64,000 nucleotides of DNA from an uncultured Chloroflexia bacterium (GCA_963707215.1 CAVPPB010000003.1:992001-1056000); one strand, 5' to 3'; positions 9,378 to 19,567 are shown, numbered from the stretch's first letter. Numbers and translations: made by a program. The notes: generated from the letters alone by a model not told the origin.

Positions 9378-10390
9378 CGGTCGGCCTTCGTGGTGGTCTC
9401 GGGGTCCTCACGGCGAGGGGGTCGCGGTGGCCCCATCTCGCCAAGGGTGCGACGGCCCGCGTCGATGAGGCCCTGGAGCCTGCCGGCGAGCCCGGGGCGC
9501 TCCACGACCTCGGGCGCGGCACCCGGGATCTCCTCGTATGGTCCCATGGCGCGGTAGCGAGCGTAGCGCCGCTCCAGCAGCTCGTCGATCGGGATCGCCT
9601 CGAGGGCATCGAGACGTTCGAGGAGGATGGGGCGGAGTCGCCGGGCGGTCTCGGCGGGATCGGCGTGGGCGCCCTCGTCCGGCTCCGGCACGACGTCGTC
9701 GAGGATCCCCAGCTCGAACTGGTCGAGCGCGGACATCCGCATCGCGAGCGCGGCGGTCGCCGCCTTGTCGCTGGTGCGCCAGAGGATGGACGCGCAGCCC
9801 TCCGGGCTGATGACCGAGTAGACGGCGTTCTCCAGGCCGATGACGACGTCCCCGACGGCGATCGCCAGAGCTCCGCCGGAGCCGCCCTCGCCGGTGATGA
9901 CGACGACGATCGGCGTCCGAAGTCGGGTCATCAGCCCGATCGAACGGGCGATCGCCTCGGCGACCCCACGCTCCTCCGCCGCCGGACCCGGGAAGGCGCC
10001 GGGGGTGTCGACGATCGAGATGACCGGCAGCCGGAAGCGCTCAGCCAGCTCCATCGCCCGCATCGCCTTGCGATAGCCCTCGGGGTGGGGCATGCCGAAG
10101 TTACGCCGGATGTTCTCCTCGGTCTCGGCCCCCTTCTGGTGGCCGATGACCACGACCCGTCGGCCGTCGATGCGGGCAAGGCCAGCGACGATCGCGGCGT
10201 CGTCGCCGTAGAGCCGGTCGCCGTGGAGCTCGACGAACTCATCGGCGAAGGTATCGACGAGCTCCAGCGTCCGGGGGCGCCGGAGGTTCCGAGCGAGCTG
10301 GACCCGGGCCCAGACCGACGCCTCGGCGTCTGCAGGCACGTCGGGTGGGGGCGGGCTCGGGCGATCGCGGCCGAGCAGCCGGTCAACCAC
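9374..10390 (-). CDS. accA: Acetyl-CoA carboxylase carboxyltransferase alpha subunit
   Basis: WARVQLAR, ELHGDR, GHQKG, RNFGMPHPEGYRKA, DTPGA, GEGGSGGA, YSVISPEG. Confidence 0.95.
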   Translation of the reverse strand: MVDRLLGRDRPSPPPPDVPADAEASVWARVQLARNLRRPRTLELVDTFADEFVELHGDRLYGDDAAIVAGLARIDGRRVVVIGHQKGAETEENIRRNFGMPHPEGYRKAMRAMELAERFRLPVISIVDTPGAFPGPAAEERGVAEAIARSIGLMTRLRTPIVVVITGEGGSGGALAIAVGDVVIGLENAVYSVISPEGCASILWRTSDKAATAALAMRMSALDQFELGILDDVVPEPDEGAHADPAETARRLRPILLERLDALEAIPIDELLERRYARYRAMGPYEEIPGAAPEVVERPGLAGRLQGLIDAGRRTLGEMGPPRPPRREDPETTTKADR

Positions 10391-11525
10391 GGTCGGCCTC
10401 CCCCTCCCCGGTCGCGCCGGACTCGGAGGTCGGAGCGGAACCGGCGGTCACGGTGGATCCAGGGAGGGCGACGGGTCCCGGCCCTGGACCGGATCCGTCG
10501 TCCAGGGTGCCGGGCGAGATCGCCGCTCCGGGCGGATCGCCGGACGGCGCCCCACTGGGCGGGACCGTCGGCGGCGAAGATCGGGCCGCCACTGGCTCCT
10601 CGGGCAGGACCCGATCGACGAGGCCGCCCAGTCTCGAGAACGGTCGGAAGACCCGCTCGGCGGCCCCGATGGCATCGCGCTCGGCGACCCGCGGATCGGG
10701 CGGGACCAGGAAGCGAAGCAGCGTCCCCAGCTCGCCGCGCATCTCGTTGCGGGCGACGACCCGGTCCACGAAGCCGTGCTGGAACAGGAACTCCGCCCGC
10801 TGGAAGCCCGCCGGCAGCTCCGTCGCGATGGTCCCGGCGGCGACCCGGGCGCCGGCGAACCCGATCAGGGCGTTCGGCTCGGCCAGGTTGACGTCGCCGA
10901 GGGCTGCGTACGAGGCGAACACCCCGCCGGTCGTCGGGTCGGTCATGACGGACAGGTAGGGCACGGCCGCGGCCCGCAGCCGCTCGAGGGCGGCGACGGT
11001 CTTGGCAAGCTGCATTAGGGCGAACGTCCCCTCCTGCATCCGGGCGCCGCCGGAGGCAGAGACGACGATCAGCGGGGTCCGCTCGGCCAGGGCCGCCTCG
11101 GCCGCCCTGGTGACCTTCTCGCCCACGACCGCGCCCATGGAACCGCCCATGAAGCCGAAGTCCATGACGCAGATCGCTACGCGCTGGCCGTCGATGCGCC
11201 CGAAGCCCCAGACCGCGGCGTCGCGAAGGCCGGTGGCGACCTGGGCCGCGGCAAGCCTGTCCGGGTATGGCTTCTGGTCCACGAAGCCGAGTGGATCCAC
11301 CGACACTAGCCCGGCGTCGCGCTCATCCCAGCTGCCTGGGTCGAGCACGAGGTCGAGTCGGGCAGCCGCGCTCAGGCGGAAGTGATGGCCACAGTTCGGG
11401 CAGACCCGACCCTGCTTCTCGAGCTGCTTGTTGAAGAGCAGCTCCTCGCAGGAAGGGCACTTGGTCCACAGGTCGGCCGGGTACGACTCCTTGCGCGATC
11501 GGAAGGACGGCAGGCGGATCGGCAT
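10383..11525 (-). CDS. accD: Acetyl-CoA carboxylase carboxyltransferase beta subunit
   Basis: LWTKCPSC...VCPNC zinc finger, FMGGSMG, SGGARMQEG, PTTGGV, IGFAG, FQRAEFL; long low-complexity C-terminal tail. Confidence 0.95.
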   Translation of the reverse strand: MPIRLPSFRSRKESYPADLWTKCPSCEELLFNKQLEKQGRVCPNCGHHFRLSAAARLDLVLDPGSWDERDAGLVSVDPLGFVDQKPYPDRLAAAQVATGLRDAAVWGFGRIDGQRVAICVMDFGFMGGSMGAVVGEKVTRAAEAALAERTPLIVVSASGGARMQEGTFALMQLAKTVAALERLRAAAVPYLSVMTDPTTGGVFASYAALGDVNLAEPNALIGFAGARVAAGTIATELPAGFQRAEFLFQHGFVDRVVARNEMRGELGTLLRFLVPPDPRVAERDAIGAAERVFRPFSRLGGLVDRVLPEEPVAARSSPPTVPPSGAPSGDPPGAAISPGTLDDGSGPGPGPVALPGSTVTAGSAPTSESGATGEGEADRG

Positions 11526-12019
11526 CAGGGAAGCCCCCCGGGGCCGCCGGGCCGGAGGGTGCCGGCGAGGCGAGCGGCCGCAGCCAGCGGGTCGCCGGCA
11601 GGCCGGCTCAGGCGCCAGGCGACGAAGGCCGCCCCGGCGATCGAGAGCGCGGCTGACGCCACGGCGCCCCCGACCAGCAGTGGTCGCGACACACCGGGCT
11701 CGCGGTGTGCCTCGACGTCGAGGGACGGGTCGGCGGGATCGAGGCCAGGGTCGATCGGGAACGGCAGCGGGATCGTCAGGCCCTCGGCGCCGGAGGCGGA
11801 GCGGACTCGCATCGACGCCGCGACCTCGGCCAGGCGGCGGGCAAGGCGGTCCTCGAAGCGGAAGGACGGGTGGACCCGGACGAGCTCACTGCCCAGTCGT
11901 CCGGCCGCGGCCGCGACGACCGGATCCGGGGCGACGGCCGCCGATCCGGCCAGGAGCGACTCCAGGTAGCGGTCGGTCTGGATCGCCTCCATGTCGAGGC
12001 GGTCGCGCGCGTCGGTCAT
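11525..12019 (-). CDS. Hypothetical single-TM protein, putative anti-sigma factor
   Basis: Coupled directly after the ECF sigma gene; N-terminal segment with PSFRFEDRLARRL followed by one hydrophobic helix (LLVGGAVASAALSIAGAAFVAW). Confidence 0.6.
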   Translation of the reverse strand: MTDARDRLDMEAIQTDRYLESLLAGSAAVAPDPVVAAAAGRLGSELVRVHPSFRFEDRLARRLAEVAASMRVRSASGAEGLTIPLPFPIDPGLDPADPSLDVEAHREPGVSRPLLVGGAVASAALSIAGAAFVAWRLSRPAGDPLAAAARLAGTLRPGGPGGLP

Positions 12020-12642
12020 CGGCCGTCGATCCCGAGATCCCGGGCGACGCTGCGGAGGGCCCGGTGGATGAGGACCCGGACGGCTCCCTCGGAGCGGCCG
12101 AGGACCCCGGCGATCTCCGCCGTCGACATCTCCTCGACGAACCGGAGCGTCAGCGCCCGCCGGCGGTCGGCGGGCAGCCGATGGACGGCCGCCCAGGCCT
12201 CGCTCGCCTCGGCGCGCCGCTCCACGCGGGCGGCCGGGTCACCGTTCGCGGCGATGGTTGCGGCAGCCTCCAACGGAGCCTGGGGGCGACGGCGGGCCTC
12301 GCGTCGCCGGTTGGAGATGACGTTCCGGGCGATCCGGAACAGCCAGACTCGGAAGGTGCTGGCGCCGTCTCCCTCCTCGGGCCGGGCGCGCTCGTCAAAG
12401 CGCGGCAGGGCCACCAGCGCCTGGAGGAACGTCCGCTCGGTGGCGTCCTCGGCGTCGTGATGGTCGCGGAGCTCGTAGAAGGCGAAGCTGTACACCTGGG
12501 CGACGTACTTCCGGTACAGGGCGTCGAATCGTTCGGGGTCCCTCCGGGCCGCCTCCACGAGCGGACGGTCCGCGTCGAGGTGGACGACCCGGCCGCCGCG
12601 CGACTGGCGGGCCCCTACCCTTCCCAACACCGGTCGGGGCAT
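12016..12642 (-). CDS. ECF sigma-70 factor
   Basis: Region 2 (FDALYRKY...DAEDATERTFLQA...WLFRIARN) and region 4 (LPADRRRALTLRF...STAEIAGVLGRSEGAVRVLIHRA). Start may be later. Confidence 0.93.
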   Translation of the reverse strand: MPRPVLGRVGARQSRGGRVVHLDADRPLVEAARRDPERFDALYRKYVAQVYSFAFYELRDHHDAEDATERTFLQALVALPRFDERARPEEGDGASTFRVWLFRIARNVISNRRREARRRPQAPLEAAATIAANGDPAARVERRAEASEAWAAVHRLPADRRRALTLRFVEEMSTAEIAGVLGRSEGAVRVLIHRALRSVARDLGIDGR

Positions 12643-12646
12643 CTCG

Positions 12647-13546
12647 TTACACCCCCGGACCGGCGGCGGCCGGCGGCGTCGCGCCGACGACCCTGACCCG
12701 GTCGACGTCAGCCGCGAGGACGATCCGCTCGCCGCCGGGCGCCGAGTCGTCGGCGATCACGAGGCCGCCCGACCCCGGGTCCACGCCGAGGGCACGGGCG
12801 TCCTCGGTGTGCGCCTCGCCGGTCCCGCTCAGGCGCACCATCCGCCCGGTGGTCGCCTGGCGGCCGATCCAGTCGTCCATCGCGAAACGACCCAAGCGCA
12901 GCGCCTCGACCCGCGGCTCGAGACGGGCGAGGAAGCCGTCCAGCAGCAGGGTCGGATCCACCGGGCGACCACCGGAGGCGACGCGAAGGCTCGTCATGCT
13001 GGGCGCCAGCTCGGGCGGGAAGGCGTCCTCCGGCCAGTCGGCGTTCAACCCGATCCCGACGACGGCCCGCGGGTCCTGCGTCCCGAGGCCGTCGGTCTCC
13101 CCAAGGACCCCGCCGAGCTTGCGCAGCTCGATCGGCCCGGCCAGGAGGGCGCGTGCGGCCTGCGGGTCCATCTCGGCGACCAGCGGAGCGCCGGGCCCGG
13201 AAGTCTCGACGACGAGGTCGTTCGGCCACTTGAGCCGGATCGCGCCGTCGGGCAGACCGGCGGCGTCCTCGGACGCGTCGGCCATCGCGAGCGCGACGAC
13301 GGCCGCCAGCCTCCAGGCCCGGGCCGGCTCCAGGTACTTCGGCCGGAAGCCGACCGACAGCAGGAGCCCGGCCCCGACCGGCGCCGTCCAGCGGCGGCCG
13401 GCCCGGCCACGCCCGGCCGTCTGCTCGTCGGCGACAGCCAGGCAGACCTCGTCGGTGCCGTCGGCAAGCCAGGCCCGGACGACGTCGTTCGTGGAGCCGA
13501 CGGCGTCGAAGCGCTGGCTGCGGGCCAGGAACGGCCGGCCGCTCAG
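12647..13546 (-). CDS. birA: Biotin-protein ligase (no N-terminal HTH), probable CTG start
   Basis: The frame continues upstream of the track's ATG with GSTND, ADEQTAGRGRAGRRW, then KWPND, KLGGVL, GIGLN. The best start is a CTG overlapping the lysC stop, preceded by GGAGG. Confidence 0.9.
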   Translation of the reverse strand: MSGRPFLARSQRFDAVGSTNDVVRAWLADGTDEVCLAVADEQTAGRGRAGRRWTAPVGAGLLLSVGFRPKYLEPARAWRLAAVVALAMADASEDAAGLPDGAIRLKWPNDLVVETSGPGAPLVAEMDPQAARALLAGPIELRKLGGVLGETDGLGTQDPRAVVGIGLNADWPEDAFPPELAPSMTSLRVASGGRPVDPTLLLDGFLARLEPRVEALRLGRFAMDDWIGRQATTGRMVRLSGTGEAHTEDARALGVDPGSGGLVIADDSAPGGERIVLAADVDRVRVVGATPPAAAGPGV

Positions 13547-14820
13547 CCGATCCCCTCCGCCATCGCCTCGGCCACCTCGGCCGGCTCGGGTCGCTCGAGC
13601 TCGAAGGCGGCATGGAGCGCCCGAACCGCGGTCTCGACCTGGTCCTCGGCGATCATGCAGGTGATCCGGATCTCCGAGGTGGAGATCATCTCGATGTTGA
13701 CCCCGGCCGCGGCCAGGGTCCGGAACATCCGGGCCGCGTACCCGGGGGCGTTGTGGATGCCGGCCCCGACGATCGAGACCTTGGCGACCGAAGAGTCGGT
13801 CGTCAACTCGCGGAATCCGAGGTCGCGGACGATCGGCTCGAGCACCCGCTTCGCCGCCGCCAGGTCGACGGCCGGGATGGTGAACGACAGGTCGGTCGCG
13901 CCGTGGTGGCCGACGTTCTGGACGATCATGTCGACGTTGATGCCGGCGTCGGCGAGCGGCTCGAAGACGGCCGCTGCGACGCCCGGTCGATCGGGCACTT
14001 CGACGAGGGTCGCCTTGGCCACGTTGCGATCGTGGGCGATCCCGCGGACCTTGTTCCGCTGCTCCACGAGCGGGTCCTCCTTGATCAGCGTTCCGGGTAC
14101 GTCCTCGAACGAGGACAGGACCTCGATGACGACAGCGTTGACCCAGCCGAGCTCGACCGCTCGGACCTGCATGACCTGCGCCCCCTGGTGGGCCAGCTCG
14201 AGCATCTCCTCGTAGCCCACGACGGGCAGCTGGCGGGCGTCGGGGACGATCCGCGGGTCGGCGGTGTAGATGCCCAGGACGTCGGTGAAGATGCGGCAGC
14301 GGTCGGCACCGAGCGCCGCGGCCAGGGCCACCGCGGTCGTGTCCGAGCCGCCCCGGCCGAGGGTCGTCGTCTCCGCGAGCCCTGCCGCCTGGGAGCTCAG
14401 GCCCTGGAAGCCGGCCACGATGACGACCTTGCCGCCGGCCAGCTCGGCGTGGACCCGGGCCGGATCGATCCCGGCGATGCGGGCCCTGCCGTACGTGCCG
14501 TCGGTGGTGATCCCGGCCTGGGCCCCCGTCAGCGAGATGGCCGGACAGCCGAGGGCCTGGAGGGCCATCGAGACGAGGGTCGCGCTCTGATGCTCACCGG
14601 TCGCCAGGAGCATGTCGAGCTCGCGCGCGTCGGGCTCGTCGGTGACGGCCGCGGCCAGGGCCAGCAGCTCGTCCGTCGTGTCGCCCATCGCGGAGACGAC
14701 CACGACCAGGTCGGCGCCGGCCTCGCGGTCGGCGGCGATCCGGGTGGCGACCCGACGGATCCGTTCGGCGCTGCCGACCGAGGACCCGCCGAACTTCTGG
14801 ACGATGAGGGGGGCTGCCAT
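13543..14820 (-). CDS. lysC: Aspartate kinase
   Basis: VQKFGGSSV, VVVVSAMG, TTLGRGGSDTTA, DPRIV, two ACT domains (KVSIVGAG, EMISTSEIRI). Confidence 0.96.
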   Translation of the reverse strand: MAAPLIVQKFGGSSVGSAERIRRVATRIAADREAGADLVVVVSAMGDTTDELLALAAAVTDEPDARELDMLLATGEHQSATLVSMALQALGCPAISLTGAQAGITTDGTYGRARIAGIDPARVHAELAGGKVVIVAGFQGLSSQAAGLAETTTLGRGGSDTTAVALAAALGADRCRIFTDVLGIYTADPRIVPDARQLPVVGYEEMLELAHQGAQVMQVRAVELGWVNAVVIEVLSSFEDVPGTLIKEDPLVEQRNKVRGIAHDRNVAKATLVEVPDRPGVAAAVFEPLADAGINVDMIVQNVGHHGATDLSFTIPAVDLAAAKRVLEPIVRDLGFRELTTDSSVAKVSIVGAGIHNAPGYAARMFRTLAAAGVNIEMISTSEIRITCMIAEDQVETAVRALHAAFELERPEPAEVAEAMAEGIG

Positions 14821-15058
14821 CACCGCGTATCGTACCCGGCCGTTGGCCGATGGCCGCCGCGGCGTGTCGGGCGGTAGCATCCGGGCCACGGCACGACCGA
14901 GGCCGAGGGGGCCGGCAGGCTCGGCGCCACGCGCGTGATGATCTCGACCAAGGGCACCAGCCTGGCCGCCATCGGCCTGTACCAGCGGCTCGGCCTACCC
15001 TGACGACCCGGATCGTGCCGTACGCTGCGCCCGTGTATTGACCCGGAGGACCCGCCTC

Positions 15059-15832
15059 ATGTGCTTCGACGCCGACGCCCACCCGCCCATCGCCCCGATC
15101 GCCGGCGGCGCCCTCGACAGTGGCCACCTTGAGCTCACCGCCGACGACGGGAACCGCTTCGCCGTGTACCGCGCCCGGGCCGCCAGCCCGTCGGGTGCGG
15201 GGATGATCGTCCTGCCTGATGTCCGCGGCCTGTTCGGCTACTACGAGGAGCTGGCCCTGCGATTCGCCGAGCACGGCATCGACGCCGTCGCCATCGACTA
15301 CTTCGGGCGCACGGCCGGGGTCGGCGAGCGCGATGCGGCCTTCGACTACATGCCCCACGTCGAGCGCACGACGTACGCGGGGCTGGCGGCCGACGTCCGC
15401 GCGGCCGCGGCCTACCTGCGCTCGCCCGACGGCGGCCGCGTGGGGTCGCTGTTCTCGATCGGCTTCTGCTTCGGCGGCCGCCTGTCCTTCCTGGCCTCGA
15501 CGCTGGGCCTCGAGCTGGCCGGCGTCGTCGGCTTCTACGGCTGGCCGGTCGGAACCTCGCGCAACGACACTCCGGCCCCGGCCGACGTGGCCAGCGCCTG
15601 CGCCTGCCCGGTGCTCGCCATCTTCGGCGGGGCGGACCGGGGGATCCCGCCCGAGGCCGTGACGACGTTCCGGACGGCGCTCACCGAGGCCGGCGTGACC
15701 AAGCGGATCGTCACCTACGAGGACGCCCCGCACTCCTTCTTCGACCGCAAGCAGGAGGAGTACGTCGCCGAATCGGCAGCCGCCTGGGAGGAGGTCCTCG
15801 CCTTCGTCCGGACGAACACGGCGGCCGGGTAG
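15059..15832 (+). CDS. Dienelactone hydrolase family protein
   Basis: GFCFGG nucleophile motif, GGAD, APHSFF; GGAGG upstream of the ATG. Confidence 0.9.
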   Translation: MCFDADAHPPIAPIAGGALDSGHLELTADDGNRFAVYRARAASPSGAGMIVLPDVRGLFGYYEELALRFAEHGIDAVAIDYFGRTAGVGERDAAFDYMPHVERTTYAGLAADVRAAAAYLRSPDGGRVGSLFSIGFCFGGRLSFLASTLGLELAGVVGFYGWPVGTSRNDTPAPADVASACACPVLAIFGGADRGIPPEAVTTFRTALTEAGVTKRIVTYEDAPHSFFDRKQEEYVAESAAAWEEVLAFVRTNTAAG

Positions 15833-15901
15833 GCGCGCTCGCCTCGCGGGCCCACTGGGGTCACGAGCTCGGTCGCGGGCCGGGCCATCCGGCGCCCTCC
15901 C

Positions 15902-16087
15902 TTAGCGCTTGGCCAGGAACCAGGCCAGGCCGACGAGGAGCAGGAAGCCGCCGACGAGGATGATCGGCAGCGGGGCGACGTCGTTGAGGACCGACCAGAC
16001 ACCCTGGACCGCATCCTGGGCAGCCCGGACGACGCCCTCGACCAGGCCCGAGATGGAACGCCCGACGTCCCCCACCACATCGCCCAT
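15902..16087 (-). CDS. Small (61 aa) membrane protein
   Basis: Amphipathic N-terminus, C-terminal TM and basic tail; -10 TAGACT lies 7 nt before the ATG. Confidence 0.7.
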   Translation of the reverse strand: MGDVVGDVGRSISGLVEGVVRAAQDAVQGVWSVLNDVAPLPIILVGGFLLLVGLAWFLAKR

Positions 16088-16201
16088 GGGCGAAAGTCTA
16101 GTCCCGGCGCCAAGCGGATCCCCCGCCTCGGGGAGCGCCCCCCGGGACCCCGAAGCGGCGATCCTGGACGGCAGGCCGGCCGGCGACGAGAACGTCAGCG
16201 G

Positions 16202-17191
16202 TCACGCGCCCTCGGTAACGGTCGCCCCGGCATTGCGCGGCGGGATGATCTCGACCCGACCGGCCAGGTCGGCGTCACCCGCGGCGGCCAGGAAGGCGGC
16301 CTCGATCCGGGTCATCGCCGCGACCGAGTCAGCGAAGGCGATGACGCTCGAGCCGCTGCCCGAGAGGCAGGCCCCGATGGCCCCGGCGCCGCGGGCGCCA
16401 TCGACGAGGGCGGGGAGCTCCGGGTAGACCTTCGCTCGGTACGGCTCGTGGAGTCGGTCCCGGGTCAGCCAGCCGAGCAGGTCGGTGCGGCCGCGAGCCA
16501 GCCCCGCCACGCCGATGGCGACCCGCCCGACGTTGCCGACCGCGTCGACCCGGGGCACGCGATCCGGCAGGATGCCTCGCATCTCACTCGTGGAGAGGCG
16601 GCGCTCGGGGATGAAGATGACGGTCCGCAGCTCGCGCGGCACGTCGAAGCGGATCGCCTCGAGCACGTCCCCGTCGGTCGCCACGACGACGAAGCCGCCC
16701 ATCAAGGCGGCCGCGGCGTTGTCGGGATGGCCCTCGATGTCGACCGCGAGGCGGAGCAGCTCGGGCTGGTCCAGCGGCCCGCCGAGAAGGGCGTTGCCGG
16801 CGACCAGGCCGCCGACCGTCGCCGCAGCCGACGATCCGAGGCCACGGGCCAGCGGGATGCGGTTGCGCATCCGGATCCGCCAGCCGGCCTGATCGGGGAC
16901 GTCACCTCGGGCCGCCCGGAGGGCCGCCTCGAGTCCCTGGACGAAGCGGTTGCCCCGGTCGGCGACGAGCTCCCCCTCCCCATCACCCTCGACGACGAGC
17001 TCGACGCCGTCGGCGCCCCAGCCGAGGACCTCGAGGTCGATCCGATCCGTCAGATCCAGGGCGACGGCGAGGCAGTCGTAGCCGGCGCCCAGGTTGGCGC
17101 TCGAGGCCGGCACCTCCACGGTGACCCGGCGACCATCGAACTCGGCCAGCCAGGTCGTCGTCGGCCGCTCGCCCTTCGGTCCTCCGCTCAT
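16202..17191 (-). CDS. thrB: Homoserine kinase
   Basis: [43 protein letters not shown]. Confidence 0.95.
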   Translation of the reverse strand: MSGGPKGERPTTTWLAEFDGRRVTVEVPASSANLGAGYDCLAVALDLTDRIDLEVLGWGADGVELVVEGDGEGELVADRGNRFVQGLEAALRAARGDVPDQAGWRIRMRNRIPLARGLGSSAAATVGGLVAGNALLGGPLDQPELLRLAVDIEGHPDNAAAALMGGFVVVATDGDVLEAIRFDVPRELRTVIFIPERRLSTSEMRGILPDRVPRVDAVGNVGRVAIGVAGLARGRTDLLGWLTRDRLHEPYRAKVYPELPALVDGARGAGAIGACLSGSGSSVIAFADSVAAMTRIEAAFLAAAGDADLAGRVEIIPPRNAGATVTEGA

Positions 17192-18286
17192 CGGTCCCTC
17201 CAGCCGAGCGCCCCCATGACGCCGTCGAGCGAGGCGGGCGCCTCGATGAGCCGGGCGGCCTGGGCCTCGGCGGTCGTCGGATCCTTGAGGCCGGCGCCCG
17301 TCAGGACGCAGACCACGACCGCTTCCGGATCGAGCTCACCGGCCGTCGCGACCTTCCGCAGGCCGGCGACGCTGGCTGCCGACGACGGCTCGCAGAAGAT
17401 GCCCTCTAGCCGGGCGAGGTCCCGGTAGGCGGCCAGGATCTCCTCGTCGGTGACCGCGTCGATCCGGCCGCCGGACTCGTCGCGGGCCGCCTCGGCCGCC
17501 GCCCAGGACGCCGGATTGCCGATCCGGATGGCGGTCGCAACGGTCTCGGGATGCTCGACCCGATGGCCGAGGACGATGGGCGCCGCCCCGGTCGCCTGGA
17601 AGCCCCACATCCGCGGCAGCGTGTCGATCCGGCCGGCCCGTAGGTAGTCGCGGAAGCCCGCCCAGTAGGCGGTGATGTTGCCGGCATTGCCGACCGGGAT
17701 GGCGAGCACGTCAGGTGCCCGACCCAGGTCGTCGCAGACCTCGAACGCAGCGGTCTTCTGGCCCTCGATCCGGTGGGGGTTGACCGAGTTCACCAGGGTG
17801 ATCGGGATGCTCGTCCTGGTCCGCCAGCTCGCGCACGATGCGAAGGGCCTGGTCGAAGTTGCCGTCGACGGCGACGACCCGCGCCCCGGCCACGAGGGCC
17901 TGGACGAGCTTGCCGAGGGCGATCTTGCCGCTGGGCAGGACGACGACGACCTCCATCCCGGCGCGGGCGCCGTAGGCGGCGGCCGAGGCCGAGGTGTTGC
18001 CGGTCGAGGCGCACACGATGGCCCGAGCGCCGGCCTCGAGCGCCTTGCTGACGGCCACGACCATGCCCCGGTCCTTGAACGAGCCGGTCGGGTTCATGCC
18101 CTCGACCTTGACGTAGAGCCGCCGCAGGCCCAGCTCGGCGGCCAGCCGCGGGACCGGCACGAGCGGTGTAGAGCCCTCGCCGAGGCTCACGACCGGGGTC
18201 GCCTCCCCGATGGGCAGGAAGCTCCGGTAGCGCTCGGTCAGGCGAGGCCGCTCGGCTTCGCCGTGCGTCGCGGCGTCAGTCGTCAC
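17188..18286 (-). CDS. thrC: Threonine synthase (apparent 1-nt frameshift ~17800)
   Basis: N-part [23 protein letters not shown]; C-part [20 protein letters not shown] in another frame. Confidence 0.92.
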
Positions 18287-19567
18287 AGGGGTAGAGCGTG
18301 ACGTCGATGTCGGACGGCAGGATCGCGGCGAAGGCGGCCCGGGCCTCCTCGAGGGTCACGTGCTCGGTCCGGATGGCGGTGCCAGCCTCGAAGTCGACAG
18401 CGGCGGCCTCGTCGAGGGCGTCCGGCAGGTCGGTCCGGGCCAGGTCGATGGCCGGGATGAAGGCGTACCAGTGGCGAGCGCCCGCCAGGCCGTCGCCGGC
18501 GGTGGCATGGTCGCCAGGCCCGTTGGCTGCCGGCGCCAGGCCCGCCCAGGTGCTCCCCGCCCCGCGGGCCACCGCGACGACGTCGGCGAGGACCGCGCTG
18601 CTCGTCTCCGGGCCGCCGGCGCCGGGACCGGCGATCCCGATGTTCCCGATCGGGATCGCCCTCGACCTCGACCCGGTTGGTGACCCCGGCGGTCCAGCCG
18701 AACGGGCTGTTCGGCGGGTACGCAGGTCGGGACGACCGATGCGGCGATGCCGTCGCCCTCGAGGCGGGCGGCCGAGGCGATCAGGCGCATCGAGTACCCA
18801 AGGGACTCGGCCCCCTCGATCTCCTGGTCGGTGACCCCGGTGATGCCGGGAGCGCCCTCGCCCCGCACGCGTCGGCGGGCAGCGGACGATCGATGCCGGG
18901 TCGAGCCACTCGCCGAAGGCCAGGCGGGCCAGGATGACCAGCTTGTTGACCGCGTCGTCGCCCTCGACGTCGCCGGACGGATCAGCCTCCGCGTAGCCCA
19001 GCGCCTGCGCTTCCTCGAGGGCGCCGGCGTAGGGGCGACCGTCCTCGGCCATCAGGGTCAGGATGTAGTTGGTCGTGCCGTTGACGATCCCGCGGACCCG
19101 GCGGATCTCATTGGCCGCGAGGTCGGTGGCCAGGGGCGCCAGGATCGGGATGCCGCCGCCGACCGCGGCCTCGAAGCGCAGCGCGGTGCCGGTCCGCCGG
19201 GCGATGCGCCTCCAGCTCGGCTCCGTGGTGGGCGATGACGTGCTTGTTGGCCGTCACGACGGGCTTGCCGGCGCCGAGGGCGGCGGCGATGAGCGTGTGG
19301 GCCGGCTCGTCGCCGCCCATCAGCTCCACGACGACGTCGGTCTCGTCGGAGGCGACGAGGTGGGCCGGGGCGTCGGTCAGGAGCACCGCGGGAAGGCCCC
19401 GCTCGATCGCGTGCGGGATGGACCGGACGGCGATGCCCGGTCACCGCCAGCTGCCCCGACCCGGCGGCGCGCAGGCGGCCGCCCCGCTCCAGCAGGCCCC
19501 GGACGACCTCGCGGCCGACGGTGCCGGCCCCCAGCACGGCGAGCCTCAGTGGACGGTCGGTGGGCAT
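18276..19567 (-). CDS. hom: Homoserine dehydrogenase (several apparent frameshifts)
   Basis: VLGAGTVG, VVELMGG, VVTANK, FEAAVGGGIP, GYAEADPSGDVEG, GPGAGGPETSSAV distributed over several frames. Confidence 0.9.
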
